Positions 1-9,035 of a stretch of DNA of 52,690 bases are shown here, one piece after another. Where the stretch lies: positions 1 through 52,690 of the IMG/VR virus record IMGVR_UViG_3300031237_000006. One strand, given 5' to 3'. Below the pieces are notes generated by a model that was given only the letters and a program-made list of their open reading frames with translations, searched no databases and had not been told where the DNA came from. Numbering within the stretch: the stretch's first letter is position 1; every line of letters starts with the position of its first letter. This DNA is from a virus (lineage: Duplodnaviria; Caudoviricetes). Position numbers and translations under genes: made by a program.

Positions 1-148
1 CATCTACGACAAGTACGTCCGTAATCCGAGCATGAAGAGCACGATCCGCTGGCATCGTGAAGGGCCTCACGGTGGTCCCCCACGATGACTGACACCCCAG
101 CGGGCGAGCGTTGTAAGTGCCGTGGTCACAAGTGTCAACGACCTGCGA
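1..148. repeat. Terminal direct repeat, copy 1 (circular assembly overlap)
   Basis: 1-148 matches 52543-52690 except T at position 22 versus C at 52564. Confidence 0.95.
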
Positions 149-204
149 GCACGACCGTCGGTTTGTGTGGACGATGCTTCGTCTGGTGTGTGGTATCAAG
201 ATGA
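85..204 (+). CDS. Small Cys-rich protein (39 aa)
   Basis: MTDTPAGERCKCRGHKCQRPASTTVGLCGRCFVWCVVSR; ATGA overlaps with the flanking genes at both ends. Confidence 0.55.
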   Translation: MTDTPAGERCKCRGHKCQRPASTTVGLCGRCFVWCVVSR

Positions 205-534
205 CCCCAGCGGGCGAGGGGCGGGTGGACTATTTGCAAAGTCTCCATGATGATGCTTGCTCCTTGCGAGCAACCGGACGCTGCGACGTGTGTATTCTTT
301 TGGCTCGCCTCCGCGCGGTCGAGGGGGAGCGGGATCGGATAGGTCAGCACGCTGTATTTCTTGAGGATCAGTGGGGCGCGACTAAGAAAATGCTCAACGA
401 GGCCCAGGCCGAGGCCCGGCGGCTGCGGGAATATGTGCGGCACAAGGATCGATCTGTGCGCCATCGTGGGCGGCTACAGCTACGGCTGCACCTGTGGCCT
501 CACACCCCCGCCCGTGGGGCCAGGAGGGGCGTGA
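201..534 (+). pseudogene. Hypothetical phage protein, apparently frameshifted by a GATC duplication
   Basis: Removing one GATC at 447-454 gives ...YVRHKDLCAIVGGYSYGCTCGLTPPPVGPGGA*, ending just before the next ATG at 536. Confidence 0.6.
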
Positions 535-535
535 G

Positions 536-1171
536 ATGAGCGAGCGGGTGGAGGACGACATCAAGATCGCAGTTCAGGCCCTGCTTGAGCGGGTGGAAGG
601 TATTCGACAAGACTTGGCTGAATACGTTGAAGAGGGGCGCAATGTTGGGGAATCCGTATGGCGAAACGACGTGTCGGTGGTCCTCGCTGCTTACGACGCC
701 CTCAAAGCCCAGCTCGCCGACGCGGAGCAGGCACTGAGCGTCTACCGAAACGAATGGCCAACGCTGAATCTCGCCTACATGGAACAGGGTGCATTGCGTG
801 CCCAGCTCGCCGACGCGGAGCGGGCGCGCCTAGAACTGTTGCGAGACTTTGACGAGACCTTGGCCGATTTCGCACAGGCCCTCGGACTTAGTGAGCGGAT
901 TGAATCTGATGGCATTCGATGCGAGCCCGGTCATCCACAAATCATGGCCGCCATCACCGCCGCCACGCAGCGCGAAGGGGCGCTGAAGGAGGCGCTGGTG
1001 CAGACTACGACATTCTCTGGTCATGGACACTGGGACAACGAAGGTACGCGTGGTGCGAATTGTTCACTATGCATCGCCAGGCGTGAGTGGCTGGAGAAGT
1101 ACGAGCCTCTGTTCCGGCCCGCCCTCCTCACGCCGCCCCCGGGGCGGGAGAAAGAGAACTCAGATGCCTAA
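536..1171 (+). CDS. Hypothetical coiled-coil protein with C-terminal His/Cys motif
   Basis: AGGAGG upstream; internal 22-bp direct repeat 707-728/800-821 (AQLADAE); HGHW...CxxC. Confidence 0.7.
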   Translation: MSERVEDDIKIAVQALLERVEGIRQDLAEYVEEGRNVGESVWRNDVSVVLAAYDALKAQLADAEQALSVYRNEWPTLNLAYMEQGALRAQLADAERARLELLRDFDETLADFAQALGLSERIESDGIRCEPGHPQIMAAITAATQREGALKEALVQTTTFSGHGHWDNEGTRGANCSLCIARREWLEKYEPLFRPALLTPPPGREKENSDA

Positions 1172-1490
1172 GTATCGCAAGAAGCCGGTGGTGATCGAAG
1201 CGGTTCAACTGCTATGGACGAACTGGGACGAGATGTGTGAGCACGCCGATGTCGGCAAGCTTAGTGAGGGCAAGCCGGAAGGTTGCTATGTCGATACGGT
1301 CGGCAATCGGACCGAAGACGCAAACGGCCGGCTTGGGCTCAACATCCCGACGTTGGAGGGCCTCATGCTCGGCGTGGAGGGGGACTGGATCATTCGCGGC
1401 GTGAAGGGCGAACTCTACCCCTGCAAGCCCGACATCTTCGCGGCGACGTACGATCCTGAGCCCCCGGGGCGGGAGGGAGCGGAGGGATGA
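1164..1490 (+). CDS. Conserved phage protein (PGDYG-like family)
   Basis: MPKYRKKPVVIEAVQ...IPTLEG...GDWIIRGVKGELYPCKPDIFAATY signature. Confidence 0.85.
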   Translation: MPKYRKKPVVIEAVQLLWTNWDEMCEHADVGKLSEGKPEGCYVDTVGNRTEDANGRLGLNIPTLEGLMLGVEGDWIIRGVKGELYPCKPDIFAATYDPEPPGREGAEG

Positions 1491-1663
1491 GGAGCGTGTC
1501 GGCTGACTTGCGAGAGATGGTGAATCAGGCTCGGCGGGAGGAACGCGAGCGGGCGCGCCGCATCATCCTAGCCCACGACAAGGGTTGCACGAGCATAGAC
1601 CCATTGTGCCTGCGCGTAATCGCGGATCAGATCACGCGGCCAGCGGTAGGAGAGACTCTGTGA
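1487..1663 (+). CDS. Hypothetical protein (58 aa)
   Basis: ATGA and GTGA coupling to both neighbours; GGAGGG RBS. Confidence 0.55.
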   Translation: MRSVSADLREMVNQARREERERARRIILAHDKGCTSIDPLCLRVIADQITRPAVGETL

Positions 1664-1998
1664 CCCCCACCCCCGAGGCCAGGCGGGTGGCGGCATGGAA
1701 CACGGTCCAAGAGTGCCCGCATCAACAAGCTCAGTACCATGCGTGCCTTGACTGCATCACCACCGCCCTCACCCGCGCTGCTCAGTTGGCCGCTCAAGAG
1801 GCGAGGGAGGAGATGATTAGGCGCTTCCGCCGCTGGCAGGACAAGTTCCCTGATGAGATAGTTCCATGGCAAGTGATTTATGTCGATGATCGACCACCAA
1901 CTGAGGCAGAATTGCTGCACGCAATGGAGATCGCGGCGACCCTTCAAGCAACAGAAGATAAACCACTTGACGGCTTTACCCCGAATCTCCAGCGATGA
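1660..1998 (+). CDS. Hypothetical protein
   Basis: GTG start overlapping the previous stop; AGGAG RBS. Confidence 0.6.
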   Translation: MTPTPEARRVAAWNTVQECPHQQAQYHACLDCITTALTRAAQLAAQEAREEMIRRFRRWQDKFPDEIVPWQVIYVDDRPPTEAELLHAMEIAATLQATEDKPLDGFTPNLQR

Positions 1999-2140
1999 GA
2001 CTACGTCGTTGATAGCTTATGTGACCGGCATGTTTCTCGGCACAGCTCTCGTCATCTGGGGGATCTGTGCGGCGTTGTACGGGGCCGCATGGATTGTGAA
2101 AATGATTGGCGGGTGGTGAATATGTGTGGGCAAGCCCACG

Positions 2141-2156
2141 TATGACGTGGTATGAT
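2141..2156 (+). promoter_or_regulatory. Extended -10 promoter for the replication operon
   Basis: TATGACGTGGTATGAT (TGnTATGAT); 15/16 identical to 45690-45705; preceded by palindrome GTGGGCAAGCCCAC. Confidence 0.55.
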
Positions 2157-2195
2157 GCGTCTCAAACTAGAAGTTCACTCTAGACAGGAGGGCAT

Positions 2196-2687
2196 ATGGC
2201 CTACGTCGAAGTTGGAAACGAGAAGGGCAGTACGGGCGGAAGTCACAGTTCGCCGATCCAGAAGTGGAACTCGACCGGGCAGATCGTCGAAGGTATTTAC
2301 AAAGGTCAGCGGGAAGGTAAGTTCGGTCCGTTGATGATCGTCGAGACCTCAGCCGGGGAAGTCGTCTACGGAGTCAAGGCGGTCCTGAAACGGAAGCTGG
2401 AACACGCCAAGCCTGGGGACAAGATCAAGGTCGAGTACCTCGGGAAACGGAAGAGTCAGTCAGGAACTGAGTACGGCGACTTCCGTGTGCTCGTCGATTC
2501 AGACCAGGGTAATCAGAGTGCGCCCACGCCTGGTAATTCGGTTGAGTTTGACCGCCTTGTCGGTCTGATCCGTAAAGACAAGGGCGACGGGATCGCCAAC
2601 GCGCTTGCGGCAGCGGCGAAGATGGCGGGCGACCCGGTCACGTCGCTCCGGGAAGCAATGGCGCAGATCGGGGTGGTGAGTTTCTGA
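2196..2687 (+). CDS. Putative single-stranded DNA-binding (OB-fold) protein
   Basis: G..VEG.Y.G...G.FG...GD.IKVEYLGK pattern; strong AGGAGG RBS; first gene of the replication block. Confidence 0.65.
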   Translation: MAYVEVGNEKGSTGGSHSSPIQKWNSTGQIVEGIYKGQREGKFGPLMIVETSAGEVVYGVKAVLKRKLEHAKPGDKIKVEYLGKRKSQSGTEYGDFRVLVDSDQGNQSAPTPGNSVEFDRLVGLIRKDKGDGIANALAAAAKMAGDPVTSLREAMAQIGVVSF

Positions 2688-2863
2688 TGAAATATCCAAA
2701 GATGATCTACGTTGAGAATGGGCATCAGTCTTCTGATGGAGAAGGGTATTCGGAGTATCTTGAGGATTTTGAGGATGGCGTGATAGTAGGAGTTTATGAA
2801 CTAGTCGGTGAAGGCAAAATAAGTAGAGAAGTTCGTATTACCAGTATCAAGAAAAAGAAGTAA
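2687..2863 (+). CDS. Hypothetical protein (58 aa, AT-rich)
   Basis: MKYPKMIYVENG...KKKK; TGATG and TAATG overlaps fill the gap exactly. Confidence 0.6.
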   Translation: MKYPKMIYVENGHQSSDGEGYSEYLEDFEDGVIVGVYELVGEGKISREVRITSIKKKK

Positions 2864-3663
2864 TGCTCGCCCGTGACCCGGACGCCGAGGTAAGGCTATA
2901 TGACGCCCTCCGGGACAGCTTTGCTCGTGATGAGCGAACCGGAATCCACCTCTCCTCCCTGCTCAATCCGATGCAGGAGCACTGGCGACGTGCCCTCGGC
3001 CGTCCTCCGCTGACGAACGCCGAGATCGGCTACTTCACGGCGGGACGTGGACACGAAGACATCCTGACGAAGTTGTTGGAATCTGATTTCGTCAGCACGC
3101 CAGAGGAAGAGATCGACGGGATTCATTGCCGTCCAGACTTCATCGCGGTCACCGATCGAGTCATTCCAAAAGGCAGCCATGCCGAACTGAAGACCCGGCG
3201 AGCGAATCTGCCGAAGTCTGACGCGGACGCGCAGACTGCGTTCGAGAGTTACCGGGCACAAGTCCGGGGGTATATGGCCCTGAAGCGGCAGAATGAGATG
3301 TATCTCATCGTTCTCTCGCTGACCGAGGGAAAGACGAGAGACCCGCTCAGTACGTCAGCGCCGGTCATCGCGGTCTACAAGGAAGTAATGACTGATGAGG
3401 AACTTGAGCAGACACGGCAAGAACTTCGTGAGCGGAGAGGATACCTAGAGAACGGAAGAGTTGATCGCTTGCCGCTCTGTTGGTCCTTTTTGTGCGGGCG
3501 CTGGTCGAAAATCAAAGTTGGGAAAGAAGTGACCTGGCTATACCTGCCGAAATGTCCCTACTACGCTGACTGCCAACCTCAACTCCGTGACCCCAAGCGA
3601 GGAATGCGTGACCGACCTGAACCAGCTTCCGCTGAAGCAGGCAGCCCTGGAATATGCAGCTAG
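2863..3663 (+). CDS. PD-(D/E)XK (Cas4-like) exonuclease
   Basis: IHLSSL, G..HE, PDF...ELKT, Q..GYM, C-terminal Cys cluster. Confidence 0.8.
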   Translation: MLARDPDAEVRLYDALRDSFARDERTGIHLSSLLNPMQEHWRRALGRPPLTNAEIGYFTAGRGHEDILTKLLESDFVSTPEEEIDGIHCRPDFIAVTDRVIPKGSHAELKTRRANLPKSDADAQTAFESYRAQVRGYMALKRQNEMYLIVLSLTEGKTRDPLSTSAPVIAVYKEVMTDEELEQTRQELRERRGYLENGRVDRLPLCWSFLCGRWSKIKVGKEVTWLYLPKCPYYADCQPQLRDPKRGMRDRPEPASAEAGSPGICS

Positions 3664-5062
3664 AGGGTTTCATGTCATTCCATGTCGCACGAAAGATAAG
3701 CGTCCTCTTGTCGAGTGGAAGGACTTTCAGGTTAATGCGCCAGATTTGGAAATGGTCGATGCTTGGTGGTCACTTTGGCCGGATGCGAATATCGCCGTGA
3801 TCCTCGGGAATGGCCGGATTGCGGTCGATGTGGATGGGGCCGAAGGACATGACGCCCTGAAAGCCGCCGGGATCGAGTTCCCGCCTGATACCCCGACAAG
3901 CTTGACCGGGCGGGGAGTCCATTACCTCCTCCGGGGGCAGGCTGATGACCGAATCGGGCTGCTCCCGAAGGTCGATATCCGGGGGAAGGGCATTATCGTG
4001 GTCCCGCCGAGCGTTCATGAGTCCGGGAAGGTCTACACATGGCTAGTCCCGCCAACGTCGCTCCTGGAGGCTCCTAGGAGCTTACAGAGGCTCCTAGAGA
4101 CCCCCTCGGCAGCCCTCCAAACCCCCCTATCCGGCCATGATTGGGTTACCGAGGCGATGCAGGGGGTCGGTGAGGGGGTCAGGAACGTGACCTGTACCCG
4201 GCTGGCGGGGTACTTCTTAGCGAAAGGCGTCCCGCCTGATGCGGTCAAGGCATTGCTGACCGGCTGGGCAGCGAAGTGCAGGCCTCCGCTCCCGTTCAGC
4301 GAGGTGATGGCCAGCGTCGATTCGATTGCTCAGCGGGAAGGCGCCCATCACGACGAGCCGAAGAGCCTGTTCGACGATCTCATGTCGGTGAAGCAGCTCT
4401 ATGAGAAAACCCCGAACGAACACCAGTGGGTTGTCCGAGACTACATGCCGAAGGGTGGTCTTGTGCTCCTGTCTAGCGCCGAGAAGGCCGGGAAGTCAAC
4501 GTTGAGCTACGCGCTGATCGCCTCAGTCTCTAAGGGCCTAGACTTTCTCGGGAAGAAGTCTGAGAAGGGGAGCGTCCTGGTGCTCGCTGTTGAGGAACAC
4601 GCTGTAGACGTGAAGATGCGAGCTATGAAATTCGGGATCGAAGAGGCTGACCCGGTGTCGTTCTTTGTCGGCGATTTCCCTCCGACACAAGAGTCCTACA
4701 CAGAATTACGTGATATGATCCTGGCGCATAAGTTCTCGTTGGTCATATTGGACACACTGGGGCACCATCTGGCTGGCATCATCGACAATGAAAACGACAA
4801 CATGGTGATGTTGAAAGCCCTCAAGCCGTGGCTGCGGCTCGCGCGAGAGACAAACGCGGCGGTTTTGGTGATCCATCATAAAGGAAAGGGCGAGCAGGCG
4901 TACCGTGGCGCGTCGTCGCTTGGCGGTATCGTGGACCAGATACTGACGTTGAGATATGGCGGAGACTACCGGCGTGTCCTAGAGGCGCGTGGGCGATACT
5001 GGAACACGCCGAAAAGCATTTGGATTGAACTGCGTGACAATCAGTATGTGGTCCTTCCGTGA
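3608..5062 (+). CDS. Bifunctional primase-polymerase (Prim-Pol plus PriCT) fused to RecA-like/AAA_25 helicase
   Basis: WPDANIA, VDVDG, TGRGVHY, VVPPSVHESGKVY; G.RN PriCT motif; Walker A KAGKST, Walker B LVILD, IHHKGK, RGASSL. Confidence 0.9.
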   Translation: MTDLNQLPLKQAALEYAARGFHVIPCRTKDKRPLVEWKDFQVNAPDLEMVDAWWSLWPDANIAVILGNGRIAVDVDGAEGHDALKAAGIEFPPDTPTSLTGRGVHYLLRGQADDRIGLLPKVDIRGKGIIVVPPSVHESGKVYTWLVPPTSLLEAPRSLQRLLETPSAALQTPLSGHDWVTEAMQGVGEGVRNVTCTRLAGYFLAKGVPPDAVKALLTGWAAKCRPPLPFSEVMASVDSIAQREGAHHDEPKSLFDDLMSVKQLYEKTPNEHQWVVRDYMPKGGLVLLSSAEKAGKSTLSYALIASVSKGLDFLGKKSEKGSVLVLAVEEHAVDVKMRAMKFGIEEADPVSFFVGDFPPTQESYTELRDMILAHKFSLVILDTLGHHLAGIIDNENDNMVMLKALKPWLRLARETNAAVLVIHHKGKGEQAYRGASSLGGIVDQILTLRYGGDYRRVLEARGRYWNTPKSIWIELRDNQYVVLP

Positions 5063-5436
5063 AGCGTGGGATTTGGACCAAATATGGAATGACGGAAGCT
5101 CAGTACAAGATATTCCTCTCGATCAAGCCAGGGTGTTGGATCTGTGGCCGTATGAAGAAGAATGACGGATCACCCGTGAAACTGTTTACTGACCATGATC
5201 ATGCTACAGGCAGGGTTAGGGGAAGACTTGACTACCCTTGCAATCGCCGGTTGATCGGTCGGAGACGGGACGGAGACCTTTATCGTCGCGCGGCGGACTA
5301 CCTCGACTCCACGTTTGACGGCAGAAACATCGAAACGCAAACCGAAAGCGGCAAAGCCCCCAAAGCCAAAACCCGAGCCGCCAAAGTACGACTTCGCCGA
5401 CAGCTACCGAGGACCGATGACGACGCTCGTCAATAA
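5059..5436 (+). CDS. Recombination endonuclease VII
   Basis: KYGMTEAQY, CWICG, DHDHATGRVRGRLD..CN. Confidence 0.85.
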   Translation: MKRGIWTKYGMTEAQYKIFLSIKPGCWICGRMKKNDGSPVKLFTDHDHATGRVRGRLDYPCNRRLIGRRRDGDLYRRAADYLDSTFDGRNIETQTESGKAPKAKTRAAKVRLRRQLPRTDDDARQ

Positions 5437-5629
5437 CGCGACGCAGAAGACGAAACGCCGCTGGGTCACGTTGACCGAGTGGCCGGGAAGTCTCGTCCAG
5501 GCGTATGACGCGGGGATTCTCTACGGCGAGGCGGAACTGCTCGGCAAAGCGATGAAAGCGATGTCCTCACATCCATGGCGTTGGGCGATCACAGCGTATC
5601 GGAAGCCGACGCCGCCTGTGACAATATGA
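5315..5629 (+). CDS. Hypothetical protein
   Basis: ORF overlapping the endo VII tail and coupled (ATGA) to the HNH gene; start uncertain. Confidence 0.55.
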   Translation: MTAETSKRKPKAAKPPKPKPEPPKYDFADSYRGPMTTLVNNATQKTKRRWVTLTEWPGSLVQAYDAGILYGEAELLGKAMKAMSSHPWRWAITAYRKPTPPVTI

Positions 5630-6174
5630 TAGATAAACTTCTTGAATACGCTGAACCAGAACCCAATACAGGTTGTTGGCTCTGGACTGGAGGCACAACA
5701 AATTCAGGGTATGGTTCTCTCTGGGTAGAAACTGAATCAGGTCGCAAAAAGGTTGGCGCTCACAGAATTGCTTATCAATGTGTGTACGGGTCTATCCCAC
5801 CAAAGATGACCATAGATCACCGATGCAAAATAAAGCGCTGCGTTAATCCTTCTCATCTTCGCCTGCTCTCGCATAGAGAGAATATCCTGCTTGCTGATCG
5901 TGGTGTCATCTCGGAGAACATGGCAAAACTCACGGCTCCTTGCGGTCACCCCTATACCGTACGATGGGGTAACGCTCTCCGGTGCCTGCCTTGTTCACAA
6001 ACCTACATGCGAACCTGGAGAGCCAATCGTGGAATTACTCAACGTTGCGCCCAGACGACTCTCAATTCGGACGAAATGGGAGGAGATGCGCGTGATGTTC
6101 ATCGGGGATCTCCAATGGGCGGGGAAGAAATCACACGGGACGGCTCTATCAAAGTTAAAAGAAACGATAGCTGA
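5626..6174 (+). CDS. HNH homing endonuclease (HNH_3 type)
   Basis: GCWLWTG...GYG...AHRIAY...IDHRC....CVNPSHL......EN. Confidence 0.9.
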   Translation: MIDKLLEYAEPEPNTGCWLWTGGTTNSGYGSLWVETESGRKKVGAHRIAYQCVYGSIPPKMTIDHRCKIKRCVNPSHLRLLSHRENILLADRGVISENMAKLTAPCGHPYTVRWGNALRCLPCSQTYMRTWRANRGITQRCAQTTLNSDEMGGDARDVHRGSPMGGEEITRDGSIKVKRNDS

Positions 6175-6892
6175 GGGAGTCGAACGAGGCGCTTATTTCA
6201 TAGGAATGGGCGATATGATAGATTTCATGTCGCCATCAAATCGCCAGCGACTACGCTCTGCTGCACTATATGACACAGCAGAAGATGTTATTGATGATAA
6301 GGCCATGGAACTCACTCAGGAAATATTCGACCTGGCGCTCAGGCCAACTGTTGGACGATGGCTCGGACTTGTGGAAGGGCACCATTTCGCGCAACTGAAG
6401 ACCGGCGATACCACGGATATGCGTCTCTGCCAGATGCTCAAGGCGCCGTTCCTCGGGACGTGTGGTGTCATCCGGCTTGTTTTCGACCGGAGTGGGTCAC
6501 GGGTGCCGGTCACGCTTTGGGTCCACCACGGGCATGGAAACGGACAGACGGGGTATTACCCACTTAGCAGGTTGGAGCGCACATCAGCCGACCAGGAGGG
6601 CGTTGATGTCTTCGCCATCGGACATACAACCAAGTTGGGCCACCTCGTTAAGAATCGTATGGGCTACCGATGGGATCACGGTGGAGCTGCATACCACCGA
6701 ACTGTTCACCTTATCGGAACTGGAGGATATAGTCGGGCATATATCGAAGGTTCTAGACAGGGACGAGTACCCCGAGGTGGATATGCGGAGCAACAGATGC
6801 TGGGTCCCGCCGTCATCGGTTCTCCGACCCTCATCATCCGCCCGACGCGCTCGAAAGACTCGCACTACCCGATCCTGAAGGTTGAGGCATGA
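6029..6892 (+). CDS. Calcineurin-like metallophosphoesterase
   Basis: GDLQ, GMGDMID, EGHH, HHGHG, GHT motifs; GGAG RBS before GTG at 6029. Confidence 0.85.
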   Translation: MELLNVAPRRLSIRTKWEEMRVMFIGDLQWAGKKSHGTALSKLKETIAEGVERGAYFIGMGDMIDFMSPSNRQRLRSAALYDTAEDVIDDKAMELTQEIFDLALRPTVGRWLGLVEGHHFAQLKTGDTTDMRLCQMLKAPFLGTCGVIRLVFDRSGSRVPVTLWVHHGHGNGQTGYYPLSRLERTSADQEGVDVFAIGHTTKLGHLVKNRMGYRWDHGGAAYHRTVHLIGTGGYSRAYIEGSRQGRVPRGGYAEQQMLGPAVIGSPTLIIRPTRSKDSHYPILKVEA

Positions 6893-7380
6893 CCGCGCTC
6901 TATATCATTGGTTCACTCCGTAATGAGCGAGTCCCTGAGATCGCCAGGACTCTCCGTGATGCCGGGTACGATACATTTGACGACTGGCATGCGGGAGGAC
7001 CTGAAGCTGATGACGAGTGGCAGCGATACGAGGGGACGCGAGGACGGACGTACAAGGAAGCCCTCGCCGGATTTCATGCCCGGCATGTGTTCGAGTTTGA
7101 CAAGTACCATCTGGACCGAGCAGACGCCGCTGTACTCGTTCTTCCGGCGGGGAAGAGCGCACACTTAGAACTTGGGTACATGATTGGAAGGGGGAAGGCT
7201 GGATACGTACTATTTGACAAGGAACCAGATAGGTACGACGTAATGTATCTATTTGCTACACAGATTTGTTTCAGTATAGAAGAACTAACACAGGAACTAG
7301 ATCGCATCAGCAAACTAGACACCAAAATTAAGGAGCAAGTTCGCTCCTATCGCAATGCCCCGTGGAATTGGGATCGGTGA
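6889..7380 (+). CDS. Nucleoside 2-deoxyribosyltransferase-like protein
   Basis: LYIIGS, D...LDRADAAVLVLPAGKSAHLELGYMIG. Confidence 0.8.
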   Translation: MTALYIIGSLRNERVPEIARTLRDAGYDTFDDWHAGGPEADDEWQRYEGTRGRTYKEALAGFHARHVFEFDKYHLDRADAAVLVLPAGKSAHLELGYMIGRGKAGYVLFDKEPDRYDVMYLFATQICFSIEELTQELDRISKLDTKIKEQVRSYRNAPWNWDR

Positions 7381-7387
7381 ATACGCT

Positions 7388-7579
7388 ATGGGTAAGCATG
7401 ACACGTTTCTCAAGGGTGATCCGGTCAAGTTCCAGGACCGTACGTTTACGTGGCGGGAAGGGGAAGTCCAGTGCGTCGAGCGCAGCTCGGTCCATGTCTT
7501 GTACCGGGACTCGGCGAAGCGTCAGATGCGGGTTATCGTCCTTCCGACGAAGCGAGTGAAGCCAGCGGTGAAAAACTGA
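7388..7579 (+). CDS. Small beta-barrel (SH3-like) hypothetical protein
   Basis: F.KGD.V.F...W.EG.V pattern. Confidence 0.5.
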   Translation: MGKHDTFLKGDPVKFQDRTFTWREGEVQCVERSSVHVLYRDSAKRQMRVIVLPTKRVKPAVKN

Positions 7580-7797
7580 TGAAATCCTACGAGCGTGCCT
7601 TGGAGCAGCGTGGGTATACGCCGTTGATCAGCATCGGCTTCAGGAAGCGGGCAGATGGTGTCCAGACGATCAAGCTGGCGGCGAGCCCCGTTGTCCGCCA
7701 GTTCAGCCCGGCAGACTGGGAGAAGATCCGGGAGACGATCATCGGGGCGCTCGATAGGCTGGTTGAGAGTCCGCTAGATGATCTGGAGTTTGAGTAG
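7579..7797 (+). CDS. Hypothetical protein
   Basis: TGATG coupling. Confidence 0.6.
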   Translation: MKSYERALEQRGYTPLISIGFRKRADGVQTIKLAASPVVRQFSPADWEKIRETIIGALDRLVESPLDDLEFE

Positions 7798-7799
7798 CG

Positions 7800-8009
7800 A
7801 TGCGCTGGTTCTGGCTCCTGCTCGCAGGGATCTGGTCCGGGGTCGCACTGCTCTATTTCCTCGGCTGCTGGCTTCTCGGGCAATGGCCGTGGCATTTCTG
7901 GAAAGAAGCGTTGCCGGATATGTATGACGGGAAAGAAAGCTATGATCAGTGGGCAACGAAGATGGAACAGGCACGGCGGCTTCAGGCGAAGGAGGAGGAA
8001 GACCAATGA
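7800..8009 (+). CDS. Small membrane protein
   Basis: N-terminal hydrophobic helix. Confidence 0.6.
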   Translation: MRWFWLLLAGIWSGVALLYFLGCWLLGQWPWHFWKEALPDMYDGKESYDQWATKMEQARRLQAKEEEDQ

Positions 8010-8197
8010 TCATATTAGGGATTGGATTGATCTTCTTCACATGGATGATTGCTATTCCTCTTGGGAGAGCAGCGGCACAGTGGGAAGATCGAGCAGGGTA
8101 TGCAAATAAATTATTCACATGGCGGGCTTGGCTACTTATGGGAGTAGGTTTTGTTCCAGCTATTACTGGGGGTCTTCTTCTCATTTATTATCTATGA
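8006..8197 (+). CDS. Small two-TM membrane protein
   Basis: Two hydrophobic segments; GGAGG RBS; ATGA overlaps. Confidence 0.6.
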   Translation: MIILGIGLIFFTWMIAIPLGRAAAQWEDRAGYANKLFTWRAWLLMGVGFVPAITGGLLLIYYL

Positions 8198-8916
8198 CTA
8201 CAACCTACTGTACGGACCCCTTCGAGCACTGGGTTCTCGACGACTTCCTCCCACCTGACCAAGCCTGGCGAGCGTATGCCCATTTCTACGGGGGAGACGG
8301 CACGTGGACGCACCGGAATCACCTGTACTGCCGGAACAAGGAGACGCGGACTCATGGCCTTCATCCTGACGTGGAGCAGGTTCTTCAGGGACTCGAAGGC
8401 CAAGCTCTCCGGCACTACTTTTCTGTCCTGACAGGACTCCCCGAGCTAGAGGCTGACCCTGACCGCTTCGGCGGGGGACAGCATGTCATTCGACGGGATG
8501 GGTTTCTCGGGATACATGCCGACTTCACGCACCATCCGACGACAGGGATGCGTCGGGCGTTGAACGTACTGATCTACCTGAACGCGCACTGGAAGAAAGG
8601 TGACGGCGGGGAGCTAGAGTTGTGGGCACCGGATATGAGCCGGTGTGTGACGACGGTCGAGCCGTTGTTCAACCGAGCTGTAGTCTTCAAGACCGGGCTG
8701 AAGAGTTTTCATGGTCACCCGGAGCCGTTGCGGGCGGAGGAGCGACGGAGCTTGGCGGTGTATTACTACGTGCCCGTAATCAAGGAACAGGCGCCGCCTG
8801 CTACGCCCTACGCATGGATTGGTGGACCTATTCTCAAGACGACCGACTACCGCCCCCGGCCATGGGAGTACGGACTGAGGATGCGGCGGTGGCTAAGCAA
8901 GAGGATCAAGAGATGA
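8194..8916 (+). CDS. 2OG-Fe(II) oxygenase (prolyl-hydroxylase-like)
   Basis: PFEHWVLDDFL, HAD iron motif, LNVLIYLN..W....GGELELW, P.FNRAVVF, FHG, R.SLAVYYY. Confidence 0.92.
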   Translation: MTTTYCTDPFEHWVLDDFLPPDQAWRAYAHFYGGDGTWTHRNHLYCRNKETRTHGLHPDVEQVLQGLEGQALRHYFSVLTGLPELEADPDRFGGGQHVIRRDGFLGIHADFTHHPTTGMRRALNVLIYLNAHWKKGDGGELELWAPDMSRCVTTVEPLFNRAVVFKTGLKSFHGHPEPLRAEERRSLAVYYYVPVIKEQAPPATPYAWIGGPILKTTDYRPRPWEYGLRMRRWLSKRIKR

Positions 8917-9035
8917 GGGTTATATGGCTCGCTGCTGGTGCCCTCTGGGCTCTTGCGTATGTCATAGATGGTGAGCCACATGCTGCCATTGTTGCCACGC
9001 TCTGTTGTGGATTTTATGATCTGTTAAAAAAGTGA
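8913..9035 (+). CDS. Small hydrophobic protein
   Basis: ATGA coupling, GAGGA RBS. Confidence 0.45.
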   Translation: MRVIWLAAGALWALAYVIDGEPHAAIVATLCCGFYDLLKK

